The notes below the pieces were generated by a model that was given only the letters and a program-made list of their open reading frames with translations, did not search any database and had not been told where the DNA came from. From Craspedostauros australis (taxonomy: Eukaryota), in the NCBI GenBank assembly GCA_030167865.1, contig JALAGF010002361.1, positions 1 to 64,000 of the forward strand: 64,000 bases of DNA, written 5' to 3'. Shown piece after piece: positions 44,667 to 56,140 of the stretch. The number at the start of each line of letters is the position of its first letter. Positions within the stretch are counted from its first letter, which is position 1. Position numbers and translations under genes: made by a program.

Positions 44667-46337
44667 TTAATCATCGCCGACAATGAAGGGACGATCGCCA
44701 AATGCGATGTTGACGCGCAGCGGCGGATGCTTGCCACCGTTCTGCACCTGGATGCCCAGCACGTCCTCATGATCGTCGAATGGCGAGTACTCCTCGACTT
44801 CACCGCTGCCCGCATCGGCGTGGATGTAGGCCACGGGCACACCGACCTTCTCGATGGCCTTGAGGGCGCCCTGGAAGAACCGCGCCTGCTGCGGTCCTGG
44901 CCGGGCATTGCCGAACAGCACCAGGCCGCGGAACTGGCCCTGTTCCAGATTCAGCATGCCGAAGAGGAACCTGAGCATGTCCTCCTGCATATCGTCCCAT
45001 CGGTCTTCATCGGGAAAGTCGCCGTCCACGAGATGCAGTCCGAAGAACAGCACGCCCTTGTGCAGCACGGCGAAGTTCTCGGGCCGCTCGGCCTGTCGCA
45101 GCACGGCGATCTCCTCGACGGACTCGTCTTCATCGCTGTCCCCGAACTCTTCTTCGAACCTGACGAACTGATCCATCCACATCTGCAGGGAGGCCTCCGG
45201 ATCGGGACACTTGAGCCAATCTTCGCTGCCCGGCACGACCAGGACCGGCACGGGCGATGTCTTGAGCACGGCGGCCGCATCCTCGTAGCGATCGGGGCTG
45301 CACTTGGACACCGCGGCGTCCTGGATGTTGCCCAAATGCACTACGAAGTCGGCATCCGACGGGATGTTCTGCAGATCGTCCGCGAGCTTGTCGGATTCCA
45401 CGTTGTCGAAGGGAACGTCGGACGTGACGTAGAATGTGACCGTGTCGAACGATTCTTGTGCAGCATTGTGGCCATCGCTGCTATGGGATGCGATGAATGC
45501 GAATGCCAACAAACCAAAGCAGACGAGAACGCCCGCCATGAGCCAATGGCGTCGGCGTTGCTTTTGCACGAGCGCGTGTTGCCATGTCTTGTGCGAGCGC
45601 GAGCGCTGCGGCATGCGGTAGTCATCGTATTCGTCATCGAGCTCCACATCCTTCCATGCCGTCCTCAGGTTGGTGTTGTCGGCATCGTAATGATCATAGT
45701 CGCTGTACGGCTTCTTGGAGCGGAAGCTGAAGCCAGCACCGACCTTGGGGTTGGGCCGTGCCGGCTTGCTCTGCGAAGATGGGGCGTGTGCCAACGTGCC
45801 CTTGGACATGGCCAGATGGGTGTTGTCGAGCTTGTAGCGCGCGCTCCATGTCTTGGACGACGAGGAGTTGGAGGAGCTGTCATCATCGAGAAGGTCCTTG
45901 ACCTTCTTCGTCTGAGCGACGTGGGCGTTGAGCGCGGCGCCATTGTCGGAGTCCGCCATGTTGTTGCTGCTATTGACGCTGCTGCTGTTGTCCACGCTCT
46001 CCATGTCGGCACTGTCGTCGTCGCTGCTGTTGGTTTTGTGAGGAGCCGCGGTTTCATCGCGGTATGGTTGCCGTGCCACGCGACCTTGCGTCAAACCGAG
46101 ACCAGACAGAGCCGAGGGAACGCGTTTGCCGCGTCGCTGCTGCGAGAGCTGATCATCTTCGACGTTGTTGTTGCTGGCGCCGCTGTCCTCGTACTGCTTC
46201 CAGCGTGCAGGGATGTCGCTGAAGGCTCCGAGCGGTGGTGCACTGCCAGAAGGTCCTTTTGCCACAGTGGATGCGTTGGATTCGTCGCGGTTCGTGTTGT
46301 CGCCAGGAGCCTCTCCAGACATCATCAATTCATCCAT
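44667..46337 (-). CDS. Type II membrane metallophosphoesterase-fold protein, paralogue B, 556 aa
   Basis: TFYVTSDVPF, FVVHLGNIQD, LVVPGSEDWLKC, RPENFAVLHKGVLFFGLHLV; clearly alignable to the upstream paralogue. Confidence 0.85.
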   Translation of the reverse strand: MDELMMSGEAPGDNTNRDESNASTVAKGPSGSAPPLGAFSDIPARWKQYEDSGASNNNVEDDQLSQQRRGKRVPSALSGLGLTQGRVARQPYRDETAAPHKTNSSDDDSADMESVDNSSSVNSSNNMADSDNGAALNAHVAQTKKVKDLLDDDSSSNSSSSKTWSARYKLDNTHLAMSKGTLAHAPSSQSKPARPNPKVGAGFSFRSKKPYSDYDHYDADNTNLRTAWKDVELDDEYDDYRMPQRSRSHKTWQHALVQKQRRRHWLMAGVLVCFGLLAFAFIASHSSDGHNAAQESFDTVTFYVTSDVPFDNVESDKLADDLQNIPSDADFVVHLGNIQDAAVSKCSPDRYEDAAAVLKTSPVPVLVVPGSEDWLKCPDPEASLQMWMDQFVRFEEEFGDSDEDESVEEIAVLRQAERPENFAVLHKGVLFFGLHLVDGDFPDEDRWDDMQEDMLRFLFGMLNLEQGQFRGLVLFGNARPGPQQARFFQGALKAIEKVGVPVAYIHADAGSGEVEEYSPFDDHEDVLGIQVQNGGKHPPLRVNIAFGDRPFIVGDD

Positions 46338-48473
46338 CTTTGAGGTTCTCGTGCGTACTGATGCTTGTCGGTGTGGTGGAGCACTGCTCTTCGTACTATT
46401 CTATTCTACAATAGTACAATAGTATCTATTTGCACGTTGCGTTGTCCTTGCTCTTGTGAGCAATGGTGTACCAATGGAGAGATGTGAGAAAGGTGCTGGA
46501 TGTTTCGTTTTCGGTAGGAAATATCTGCAGTCTCCAAGAGATGACTGTTGGCGGGAGGCGTTGGTTTGGTGTCTCTGCTGTTGGTATTACGACTATATCT
46601 CTTGTGCTGCGTATCACTCGGTCAATTGCTTATTGTGTGGAGTGTGGGTAGATCATGTATTCTACTCCATGGTGGGACAACATTCGATGGAGCGCTCTTG
46701 CTCTGATCTCGTCTGATGCGATGCCTTTGTCAAGCTGCGCGCCAAATCCGTGAGAGTCGGTTTCTCTCTTTGCCATTTGCCTCATCTCAATGCTCATCTC
46801 AATGCTCTGCCCTGCTCTGCTCGCATCTCCGCGCACGTCGTCGATCTGCCTCTCTGCTTTCATGGAGTGAGAATGTTTCATTGACTGACTTCTGTTCCTT
46901 TGTTGCAGAATACCAGAAGTGTTCTTGCATCCACCTCTCTTCGACGTCACGACAAAGAAGAAACGATCCCCCACTTCTTGGTCGGCAACGACAAAATCAC
47001 AACAGAAACACAGGAGCGCATTGGAGGTGACGATGGGATTAAATTTTCTTCAGCAGTTCTCCTTCGCGCACCGCACAAGATTCCCAACGGACACAGAAAG
47101 AGAGAGAGCTCCTCTGACACGATCCGTATCTCCATTTGAGTTTCGCATCCTCATCAAGCTACGCTGTCGATGTAGAATAGATCGTAGAGTGGAGTGGAAC
47201 AGAGTAGAGTAGAGTACGCGGTGTATTGGTATTCTATTATGAAAGTGCTTGCAGCGAATGAGAGTTACCTGACATACGCACCCATGCCAAACTCTCAAGA
47301 GTCGAAGAACGAAGACGAGATCAGAAGAACCTCATCGAATGTTGTGTTGTCACCAGGGGTTGCCTGTGCAGCATTTGTCCCATCAACCCACTCGCACGCA
47401 GAGTAATGGTTAGCCCATGCCTGCGACGATTCGGAACAACAGGGTCATCGCACAATGCAGGGGAGACTCTGCGCAAGTTGCAAATTGAATCACCGCAATC
47501 GTTCATGCTAGTTTGGGAGATTGGAACTGGGCGCGGTTCTCGAATGTGTTCATACTTCCCGCTTGCCGCTTGGACATACAATGCGTACTCCGGTGGGACA
47601 ACAATCGCACGATGCGCTCGAAGACTCTATGCTTCAGGCCTGCTGCGATGAATGCTCTTCATAGATTGCATTGTGGTGTGCAGGAAGCTATGCATTGGGA
47701 AGCTTGCTGAAATGTTGCTTGTCTGCTATGCTGGAGTGGTGCTGATGCCGCTTGTTCGAAAGCGAAAGTCTAGAAAACCGAAACTAGACATAATAGGGGT
47801 TCCATAAAATCGCGTTTACAATCTTCGGCGAGTAGTTGTTGGGCAGGACTGCACATAGGCCCGTGTAAACTTCCACGAATAAACTGATATTTTGGGGCTG
47901 TAAGACCACGTCACGAATTTGCCCAATCACTAACGTGATTTGGTGCACAGCGGAAATGGCCCGCTTGTGTCTGCGCGGAACAGCGATTTCGTTCGTGACG
48001 AACAGCGCAGAAAGCAGCACAGAGGCAACGGACTGACTGTGCGATCAGTGCGGCGCAGCAGCGCGTTCGATGGTACCAGCGCGAATAGCTCGTACGAATA
48101 CTCCGCCGTAACACACCCCTTCTGCGACACGACGAGAGGCAAGACCAGGCGAGACCCGAGAGGAGACACTGGACGATACGAGTGGAGAGGACGACATCAT
48201 CCAGCAGGAGACCCTCCTCCAATCATCAACAGACAACGGGAGGCAACAGGAATAGAGCGGAGCAGGTCGTACTACTATAGTAGTCCACATACACACTCTG
48301 CAAGCGCACGAGTACACAGGAAGACCCCAAAGCGCAAGAGACCGGAGAAGAACGAGTCTTGTCATTCCAGACCAGAAAAGACAAGAGGATAGACGCACTC
48401 TGCGCATACCAATACTAATACATCAAAGCAGATTACAGGAAACCAAACCAAGGCACAGCCGAGGCAAGCAACC

Positions 48474-50021
48474 ATGCCGCGACGGAGGATACAGCTTGGC
48501 GCCACGTCGTCGACGGATGACCATGGGGACGAGAGCGACCAGAGACGGAGGTACAAGCAAAGCGAGAGCCACAGCCACAGCCACAGCGAAAGTCAGAGCC
48601 AAAGCCAAAGCCAGGCTCAGCCCGCAGCAGAGAAATACAGCTTCATACACACCTATTCACATGCCAGCCTCAATGTACAGGGCCACGGCAACGGAAACAG
48701 GGGGAACGACCGGATGGATGATTCGCAACACAGACACCGCAGGAACAGGCAAGGCGACAGCGATGGCAGCGAGGGGAGCGACGATTCGGAAGACCGCATC
48801 ACGGGACCCTTCTGGAGGAGCAGGATGGCCGTTGGCAGGGTCGTCAACAATGAATACGTGCAGCTGTTTGTCATCTTCCTCATCGTCATCAACGCCATCT
48901 CCATGGGCATAGCGACCTTTGACATGAGTGACGACTCCGGAAGGGCGCTGGACAGGTTAGACATGGTCTTCCTCTCGATCTTCACCATCGAGGTCGGGGC
49001 GCAGCTCTTCTACCTGGGATTCACGCTCTTCCAGGACGGATGGCTATTCTTCGACTTCCTCATCGTTGTCATATCCTGGTCGCTGGAGGAGTTCCAAATC
49101 GTCAGGGCCTTCCGCATCTTCCGGGCCTTTCGTTTGATCACCAGAGTCAAGCCGCTCCGGGACCTCGTGCTGGCCATCGGAGCCGTGCTGCCCAGAATGT
49201 ACGCCATCGGGGCGCTCCTGCTCCTCATCTTTTACATCTTCTCCATCCTCTTCACGGAGCTCTTCCATGACGTCCAGGGGCTGGACGCACCCTACTTCAA
49301 CACGCTGGACAAATCGCTCTTCACCTGCATGGAGATGATGACGCTGGAATGGGGAGAGATAGCGAGGCAGGTCATGGATGAGGAGAAGTACGCCTGGGCG
49401 CCCTTCGTGGCATTCATCGCCATCACGGGCTTCATCGTCTTCAACCTCATCGTCGCCGTCATCTGCGATGCGGTGGCGATCACGGAGAAGACGGTGCGAG
49501 AGATGGATGGCCACCAGCCCGACACGACGGAGGCCAGATTGGAGGAGGCGCAGGAACGCATCGATCTGCTGCAGAGTCACATCAACGACATGCTCCGCAC
49601 CCAGCAGGCCGTGCAGGACATGATCGAGGCGATGGCCGGTGAGATGCTGCACCTCGAAGCGGAGCGCAAGAGGTCGGAGCAACGGGCCGTCGATCTGCGG
49701 ATAGAATTCGAGCGCAGGCTGGACTATCAGCGAGTCATGGAGGCCCAGCGGCAGGAGGAGTACGAGCGCAAGCTGACGAAACGCAACATGGTGGAAGGCC
49801 TTGGACAGATGACGAGCCGAGCTTCGGACAACAGCCTGTCCAACAGCCTGCATTCCAAACGTCGGTCGCACGTTCGCAATTCATCGGACGACGAAGAATC
49901 ATCATCATGTCCACGTTCGCCAATACCCGTGGCCCGAAAACGCCGTGGCTCTCATCGACGGTCAGCCAGAGGCGATTCGAATTGGCAGATACCAAGTCTC
50001 AAGGATTCTGGGATCTACTGA
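48474..50021 (+). CDS. Single-domain (6TM) voltage-gated Na+/Ca2+ channel, EukCatA/BacNav-like, filter TLEWGE, 515 aa
   Basis: S1 FVIFLIVINAISMGI, S2 IFTIE, S3 DGWLFFDFLIV, S4 VRAFRIFRAFRLITRVK, pore LFTCMEMMTLEWGEIAR, S6 FIVFNLIVAVICDAV, C-terminal coiled coil. Confidence 0.93.
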   Translation: MPRRRIQLGATSSTDDHGDESDQRRRYKQSESHSHSHSESQSQSQSQAQPAAEKYSFIHTYSHASLNVQGHGNGNRGNDRMDDSQHRHRRNRQGDSDGSEGSDDSEDRITGPFWRSRMAVGRVVNNEYVQLFVIFLIVINAISMGIATFDMSDDSGRALDRLDMVFLSIFTIEVGAQLFYLGFTLFQDGWLFFDFLIVVISWSLEEFQIVRAFRIFRAFRLITRVKPLRDLVLAIGAVLPRMYAIGALLLLIFYIFSILFTELFHDVQGLDAPYFNTLDKSLFTCMEMMTLEWGEIARQVMDEEKYAWAPFVAFIAITGFIVFNLIVAVICDAVAITEKTVREMDGHQPDTTEARLEEAQERIDLLQSHINDMLRTQQAVQDMIEAMAGEMLHLEAERKRSEQRAVDLRIEFERRLDYQRVMEAQRQEEYERKLTKRNMVEGLGQMTSRASDNSLSNSLHSKRRSHVRNSSDDEESSSCPRSPIPVARKRRGSHRRSARGDSNWQIPSLKDSGIY

Positions 50022-50901
50022 CGCATGTCTTGCACGGGCATCTCTGATCAACAGCGTCATTCGTAGAACACGTATGTGCTCGACCACAAAATAGTGACAC
50101 ACGTTCGATCCCACCAGTGTGTGGCACCCTCTTTGCGGCGTTGCCTTGCGTTCCATCAGTCGGTCACACTCATTCGTACCTACTCACCACCAATGCACTG
50201 CACCACACTTGCGCAGTGCGACTTGAGGCAAGACATGGGAGAGGCAGCCACCTTTGTTGCAATTCGAAGGCTCCCCATTCATCATTATTCTATCATGACA
50301 GGATGGCAGCAAGGCACTCGGTTGGTCGCATCATCCACCATTTCTTGCTTCCTATCCCATCAATTGATCCATTGACCGCGCAGAGCACGCATCGAGCGCA
50401 GCACAGTATCATGATGTGTTCCATGCAAATCAACGGAATCCATGGACGTCCCGCAGCACATCACTGCTGGGATCTCTCTCGCAAGGACAACCGCACTATT
50501 GCGAGGAAACGAATCTAGCACAGGAGTCAAGGACAGGGCTGGACGCACACGGAACAGCATGGACAGGGACGCGCACATACGCACGAACACGAACCACCAA
50601 ATAGAAAAGCATGCTGTTCGTATACTCTTATATTACCGACGAGTACTGGCCTGTCCTTACGAATGAATGGAGGAATCCAGAACTTGCCTGGAAATGGGGT
50701 GGATACGAATGCTCAGCGCGGAGAAACAGCTTCCAACTGTTAGAGATGAAATGAGATCATTCTAGAGAGAGAGAGAGAGAGAGAGAGAGTCCTATTAGTG
50801 TTGACCTGCTCTTGTTGCTATGTTCTACCTGGTTTGATGTTGGCCTGTGGCACCATCCGGTACACCAACAAACCATACTCCCGCAATGAAGAATGCATGA
50901 A

Positions 50902-52101
50902 TCACGTCGTGTTGAGAACGACGTACAGGAAGTGATCCGGATGATGGAACAGCAGCCACAAATCCATGACCGGCGTAGACAGCGGCGGTTGAATGCCAGC
51001 AATCTTCCATCCAGCGATGTTTGCGGCGACTTGCGGCTGCTCATCGTTACTGGCTTGCTGCATGTACTGCGGCGCCCATCGTCGCAACAGCTGTCCGAGG
51101 GTGACATGCGCCGCATCGGCACGCTCCAATCGCTTCTGAATCGGTGGTTGCGTTCCCACGCAAATGCGCACGGGGATGGCCTGCGTGGTTGCGCCGGACG
51201 ACGTCGTCGTGGTCGATTCCAAATTCATTTCGTCTTGGACGGTCTGGAAGGTGTCGTGGTTGGAGTCGACGATGGATGTCCAGAGCTGTTGGTGCGCCTG
51301 CTTCGTCATGTTCAATGCCGCCTTGGAGTTGGCATGTTCCAAGAACAGCGCCTGCTTCAAGGAGTGCTTGAACATTCGCTGGACGTGTGGCAGGACGTCG
51401 GCTTTGTTGGTGTTGCCGTCACTGTTATTGCCCAACGTATCATCCAGGGCCAGTATCTTCCCCGTCGGGTATTGCGTGAAGTGGAGCCGTATTTTCCACG
51501 GTAGGAGGGCGGTGCTCGTCGATCCCTCAGCTGGTGGAACCGACGATTGCGAACGGCCATCGTAAAGGACTCCGACGTGGTAATGCCAGTGCAACGGAGT
51601 GCCCGTGAGCTCGTCTTCGAACCAGCACACAGGACACGGTTGGTGTTGGTGTTGATCTTGGTGATTGCGTCGTCGTTGCGCTGTTGCATTGGAATCCGCA
51701 GTTCCAGCACCCTGCTCTCCTCCCTCGACACTCCTGTCGTGGCCGCTTCCGCTCCCATTGCCGTGACTTTCCTCTCCCTTGTTACGACCACTGCGACTGC
51801 CGCTATTGCCATCCGCAGCATCATGGTTGTCGTCATCGCTCGAAGCCTCCGCGACGGACATCATGCCCGGACTTGGTTCCTCCACGACGCTGCCGCGAAA
51901 GGAGATCGTCGGCGGGGCGTACTTGTGGAATCTCAGCACCGAATCCTTCAAGGCAACATGCAGGAAGCTCGTGCGCGCAACCATGACGTGCAGCGGCGCA
52001 GGCATCGTCGGTGACGACAGCGACGTCGGCGCCAGGCTCAGCGTGATGGGAATGCTGCCCTTCCAGTTGGAGGCGCGTATCTGCTGCGTCTTGCTCGTCA
52101 T
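50902..52101 (-). CDS. ATG5: Autophagy protein 5, ~399 aa
   Basis: WKGSIP, PLHWHYHVGVLYD, LPWKIRLHF, FKHSLKQALFLEH (region of the ATG12-acceptor Lys), HPDHFLYVVL. ATG at 52101. Confidence 0.93.
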   Translation of the reverse strand: MTSKTQQIRASNWKGSIPITLSLAPTSLSSPTMPAPLHVMVARTSFLHVALKDSVLRFHKYAPPTISFRGSVVEEPSPGMMSVAEASSDDDNHDAADGNSGSRSGRNKGEESHGNGSGSGHDRSVEGGEQGAGTADSNATAQRRRNHQDQHQHQPCPVCWFEDELTGTPLHWHYHVGVLYDGRSQSSVPPAEGSTSTALLPWKIRLHFTQYPTGKILALDDTLGNNSDGNTNKADVLPHVQRMFKHSLKQALFLEHANSKAALNMTKQAHQQLWTSIVDSNHDTFQTVQDEMNLESTTTTSSGATTQAIPVRICVGTQPPIQKRLERADAAHVTLGQLLRRWAPQYMQQASNDEQPQVAANIAGWKIAGIQPPLSTPVMDLWLLFHHPDHFLYVVLNTT

Positions 52102-52838
52102 GGTGCGTGCGTCTTGGGTTGTGTTCGTGTGCTCTGTGGATGGATCTCGTGATGAAAACGGTCGTCGCACGGATTGCCTCTCTTGATTGTGTACGACCAC
52201 TATTCTACAATGTGATTGTATTTGCACGAGAGAGAGAGCAAGAACGGAGAGCAAGAGAAGGCGTGGAGGGAGAGAGGACGTCTCGGGCCAAAACACGACA
52301 ATTGCCACGACACGAGCAACGTGACAAACCACGATTCGGAGTGGAAAATGGTATCGAAAGCATCAATATACTACCATCAAACATTTAAGCAAAATTGAGC
52401 CGTAGACATATACCTTACATATAGTATCATATTCACATCGTGAGAACAACACGGACACGAAACAGCAACGATGACGATGAGGACAATGGAAAAAGGCGTT
52501 TGGCGCGGAGAAGCAACAAGAGGACGAGTACCCAAACGGACACGACCGCCGCTGCGAGGCTCCCTCTCGTCTGTTTGTGCGGAAGCAGGTGTGAAGGAGT
52601 TGGAACCCAACCGTTGTTGCCCGCTTCCGCTGCCGGTATTCGCACTGTTGCTGGTATTGTTGCAAGCACTATCACGAGTACAGTAGAACAAATATAATAG
52701 TGTGGCGGAGAGATACTACATCACATTACGTTACATCCCACCATTCCTTGGTGCTTACTCGTACAACGCACGAACGAAAGGAACGGAGCACTCCGCAGCG
52801 ACTCTCCAACACTCTGCGGACATCGCATTTGCGCTGAT

Positions 52839-52874
52839 ACGGATACTCGCACGGATACTGGCACGGATACTGGC
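52839..52874 (+). repeat. 12-bp tandem repeat ACGGATACT(C/G)GC x3 just upstream of the second channel's start codon
   Basis: Direct reading. Confidence 0.85.
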
Positions 52875-52898
52875 AAAGAGGTCGTTGCGCATCGCTTG

Positions 52899-55450
52899 AT
52901 GACTGAACAACCGCTCACGGGCAGCCCGAAGAGACCCAAGCCATCCCCGTTCGAGGCTGCGCAGACGGGGCTGGGCCATAGCCTCTGGGAAAGGGCGGAG
53001 CGCGGCGGCAGCGACAGGCCGCAGAACGGTGTGCATGTCATGACGAAGGAGAAGACGACGGAGTCCATGACGCCCACGATCATAGAGTCCATGTTCATCG
53101 GGAGCATGACGGGCAGCAACGACCAGCGGCAGAAGGGCGGCATCAAGCCTGGCGTCAACGGCCTCAGCACCGGTCTCAGCACCGGCCTCAAGGGGAACAC
53201 GCTGGGCCTGGGTCTGGGCCTCGGTCTGGGGCTCGGCAAAGGAATGAGCATGGGGCTGGACATCCCGGACGACGACAGCGACCTGCTCAGGGACGACATT
53301 TCGGAGGACGAGGTGGACTTCACGCAAGGCCACGAGGACCTCAAGCGGGCCAACGAGGCAGCAGCGGTGGCCGCGGATGCTGCAGCGGCCGAAGTCACCG
53401 CTTCCGACTCTTCCGCGGAGCCAGCATCGTCCAACGGATCGGGCCAGCAAATTCACAAGCACAGATCGATCTCGCCCAAGCCGGAGACCAAACCCCTGTT
53501 CGATGACCACAGCGTTGGCGATGACGCCGACAACGACGTCTACGAGGATGAGCACAGCGCAAACGCCAGCACCAACGGTGGCGGCGCGCTCAGCGAGACA
53601 ACGCGTGAGGACCGCGGCAAGATGTCCAGCAGAGAGATCCAGGGCAACGGCAGCTCGTCCGATGATTCAGACGTCCAGCGCGATTGGGACGACCCGGACA
53701 CCCACCCCAGTCGCCGCAACAGCGGAGGCAGCCAGGACGAGAGCAACAGAGAGAAAGACCGCGATGGCGACGATGACAACCACAGGGGGAATCGAGCTGG
53801 CGCAGATCATGTTCAGGTGGAGGGAAGCAGCCACGCGAGCTCCAACGGGACGGGGCATCCCTTCGCGGAGATGTGCGAGACGTTTAAGCAATGGCGGTAC
53901 AACTGCGGGATGATGGTCAACAACAAGCACGTGCAGTTCTTCATCATCATCCTCATCTGCATCAACTCCATCATGATGGGAATCGCCACCTACAAATTCA
54001 TCCGCGAGGATGATGAGCTCAATTCCATCTTCGACCAGATCGACGAGATTTTCCTCATCCTATTCACCATCGAGCTGGGACTGCAGTTCTTCTTCCTCGG
54101 ATGGAAGCTCATCATGGACGGTTGGCTCATGTTCGACCTCGTCGTCATTGGGGCCAGTTGGTTCTTTAAGAGCGTGCAGATTATACGGGCGTTCCGAATC
54201 TTTCGGGCCTTGCGGTTGGTCACGCGGATCAAGATCATGAAGAACCTTGTGCTTGGTACGTATCATACTTCTTGTTTGGCTCTTTCGCGGAAACACGCGT
54301 GTTGTGCGAGCTGGCGATGGCATTTTGCAGGAACAATTGGGCAACGGCATACCGCAAAGCATGGATATGTACGCGCTGCATGCATCATCGGTTGCTGCGG
54401 GTTGTGTGTCCCAAGTCGTTGTCGTTACGCCGCATTGCGACAGTTCCAACCGCGCCATGTTGCGTCGCCAACGGCAGAACTGTGATTGTGGTGCATGGGT
54501 TGTACCACTTGCACACGTGCATACAGAAAGACAGACATTGATCTCACATTCCATGACCTTGTCCATCCCAATTCTTTCCTCTTCACGGATTCATGCTGCC
54601 GTACGATGCACCAACTGAAATCTGCGCAACGACCATGTGGCAATCTAATTCGTACTTGCATTGGAACCAATGCTTGAACGAACGGCTTCGACAATGGTGA
54701 ATCACATCACGAACGATGATGGATGGAATGCACCAACCAACGAATTTCCCAACATTCGAACGAACGATGAATGCCCTCCTGATCCTGATAGCTCTCTTCG
54801 GTGTCATGCCGCGGATGGCAGCCATCGGACTGATGCTGTTTCTCATCTTTTACATATTCGCCGTCATGTTCACGCAGCTGTTCAAGGACCTGGATGTCGA
54901 GGATTTGGAGGCCGATTACTTTTCGCGGATCGACAAAACCTTCTTCACGCTGTTCCAGATAATGACCCTGGACAATTGGGCCACCATCGCGCGCAGCACG
55001 AACGACCAGAAACGATGGGCGTGGCTGCCCTTTGTCGCCTTCGTCATCATCAGCGGCTTCATCGTAGTCAACCTCATCATCGCCGTCATCTGCGACGCCA
55101 TCTCCGCGCTGCACAGGGACGCCAAGGCCAGGATCCACGGCACCTACGACGAGAATTCGGACTCGGGCAGCTCGTCGGAAGACCTGGAAATACGCGAGCA
55201 GCTGGATTGCCTTGAAGAGCAGATGGAGGAGCTCACCAGAATACAGGCCAAGACCTTCCACACGCTGCAGTATCTCTCGCGGCAGGTGCAGATGCAGAAG
55301 CTAAAACAGGAGCTGTCGGAAAAGAATCCGTTGCAACGGCATGTGGCCAATACTACTACTACTACTACTGCTACTACGACGGCGGCGACAGCAACAACGA
55401 CGACAACAGCAGTCGAAGCAACAACAACTGCCACTGGCGGTGACGTATAG
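52899..55450 (+). CDS. Second single-domain voltage-gated Na+/Ca2+ channel, EukCatA/BacNav-like, filter TLDNWAT, ~671 aa, 2 exons
   Basis: Exons 52899-54255 and 54792-55450 (GTACGT...ATAG, phase 1, giving NLVLALFGVMPRM). S4 IRAFRIFRALRLVTRIK, pore FFTLFQIMTLDNWATIAR, S6 FIVVNLIIAVICDAI, poly-Thr tail. Confidence 0.92.
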
Positions 55451-56140
55451 AGACAAACTTACAAACATACCATGCCATGCACTTGCAAACACAGATACAA
55501 AATATGTACGGATAGGCATTGATTGGCAGACTGTTGTTGACTACTTTCTCTCTCTCTCAAGAGAATAAGATGGGAAGCAATCCAATTCTGAAGCAATTAT
55601 CAATTCCTCCATGTTTAGAAGATGATGTGCCAAGGGACGTCACGTTCCTGACCTCCATTGCTGACCTCTTGCATCCCATCCTTGACGACTAATGGGATGA
55701 ACAGGGACAACCTCTCTTGTCTTGCAGGTCGGCGACGATTTAATACAGAAGGCAAGGGCCGCTCACTGCCTCCGTACTTGGTGTCATGTCAGTGCGAGCG
55801 GCGTTGCCCCGCAGACGGCACTTTTGCATCCTTCAGCGCGTTCAGTTTCATTCGTTTCGCACATGATCCTCTCAAGCCAGCGTACTCGTGCATCGAATCC
55901 AAAACGCACCCAAATCGACACTCTTCTCTCTGCTGTCCTTCCCTCTCATCTCCTGTTCTCAAACGAAATCTCGTGAGCAATGTGCCGCCTCCTCCATCTT
56001 TGCTCTTCTCTAGAGTTTGGATAGCACTCGCATGCACACGTACAGTTGAGTGGAGCTTGCTGTTCGTGACGGCTCTCTGCCAGATTCGAATAATTCTCAA
56101 TTCAAGTGCTCTACTCGACGCAAACGAGTCACAGAGTCGT

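Noticed and set aside
44085-46343. 752-aa plus-strand ORF
   Set aside because: Antisense to the metallophosphoesterase-like paralogue B, which has clear homology support.
52896-54485. Voltage-sensor-only (Hv1-like) protein of 529 aa
   Set aside because: Artefact of reading into the intron; splicing 54255 to 54792 restores S5-pore-S6 matching the paralogue.
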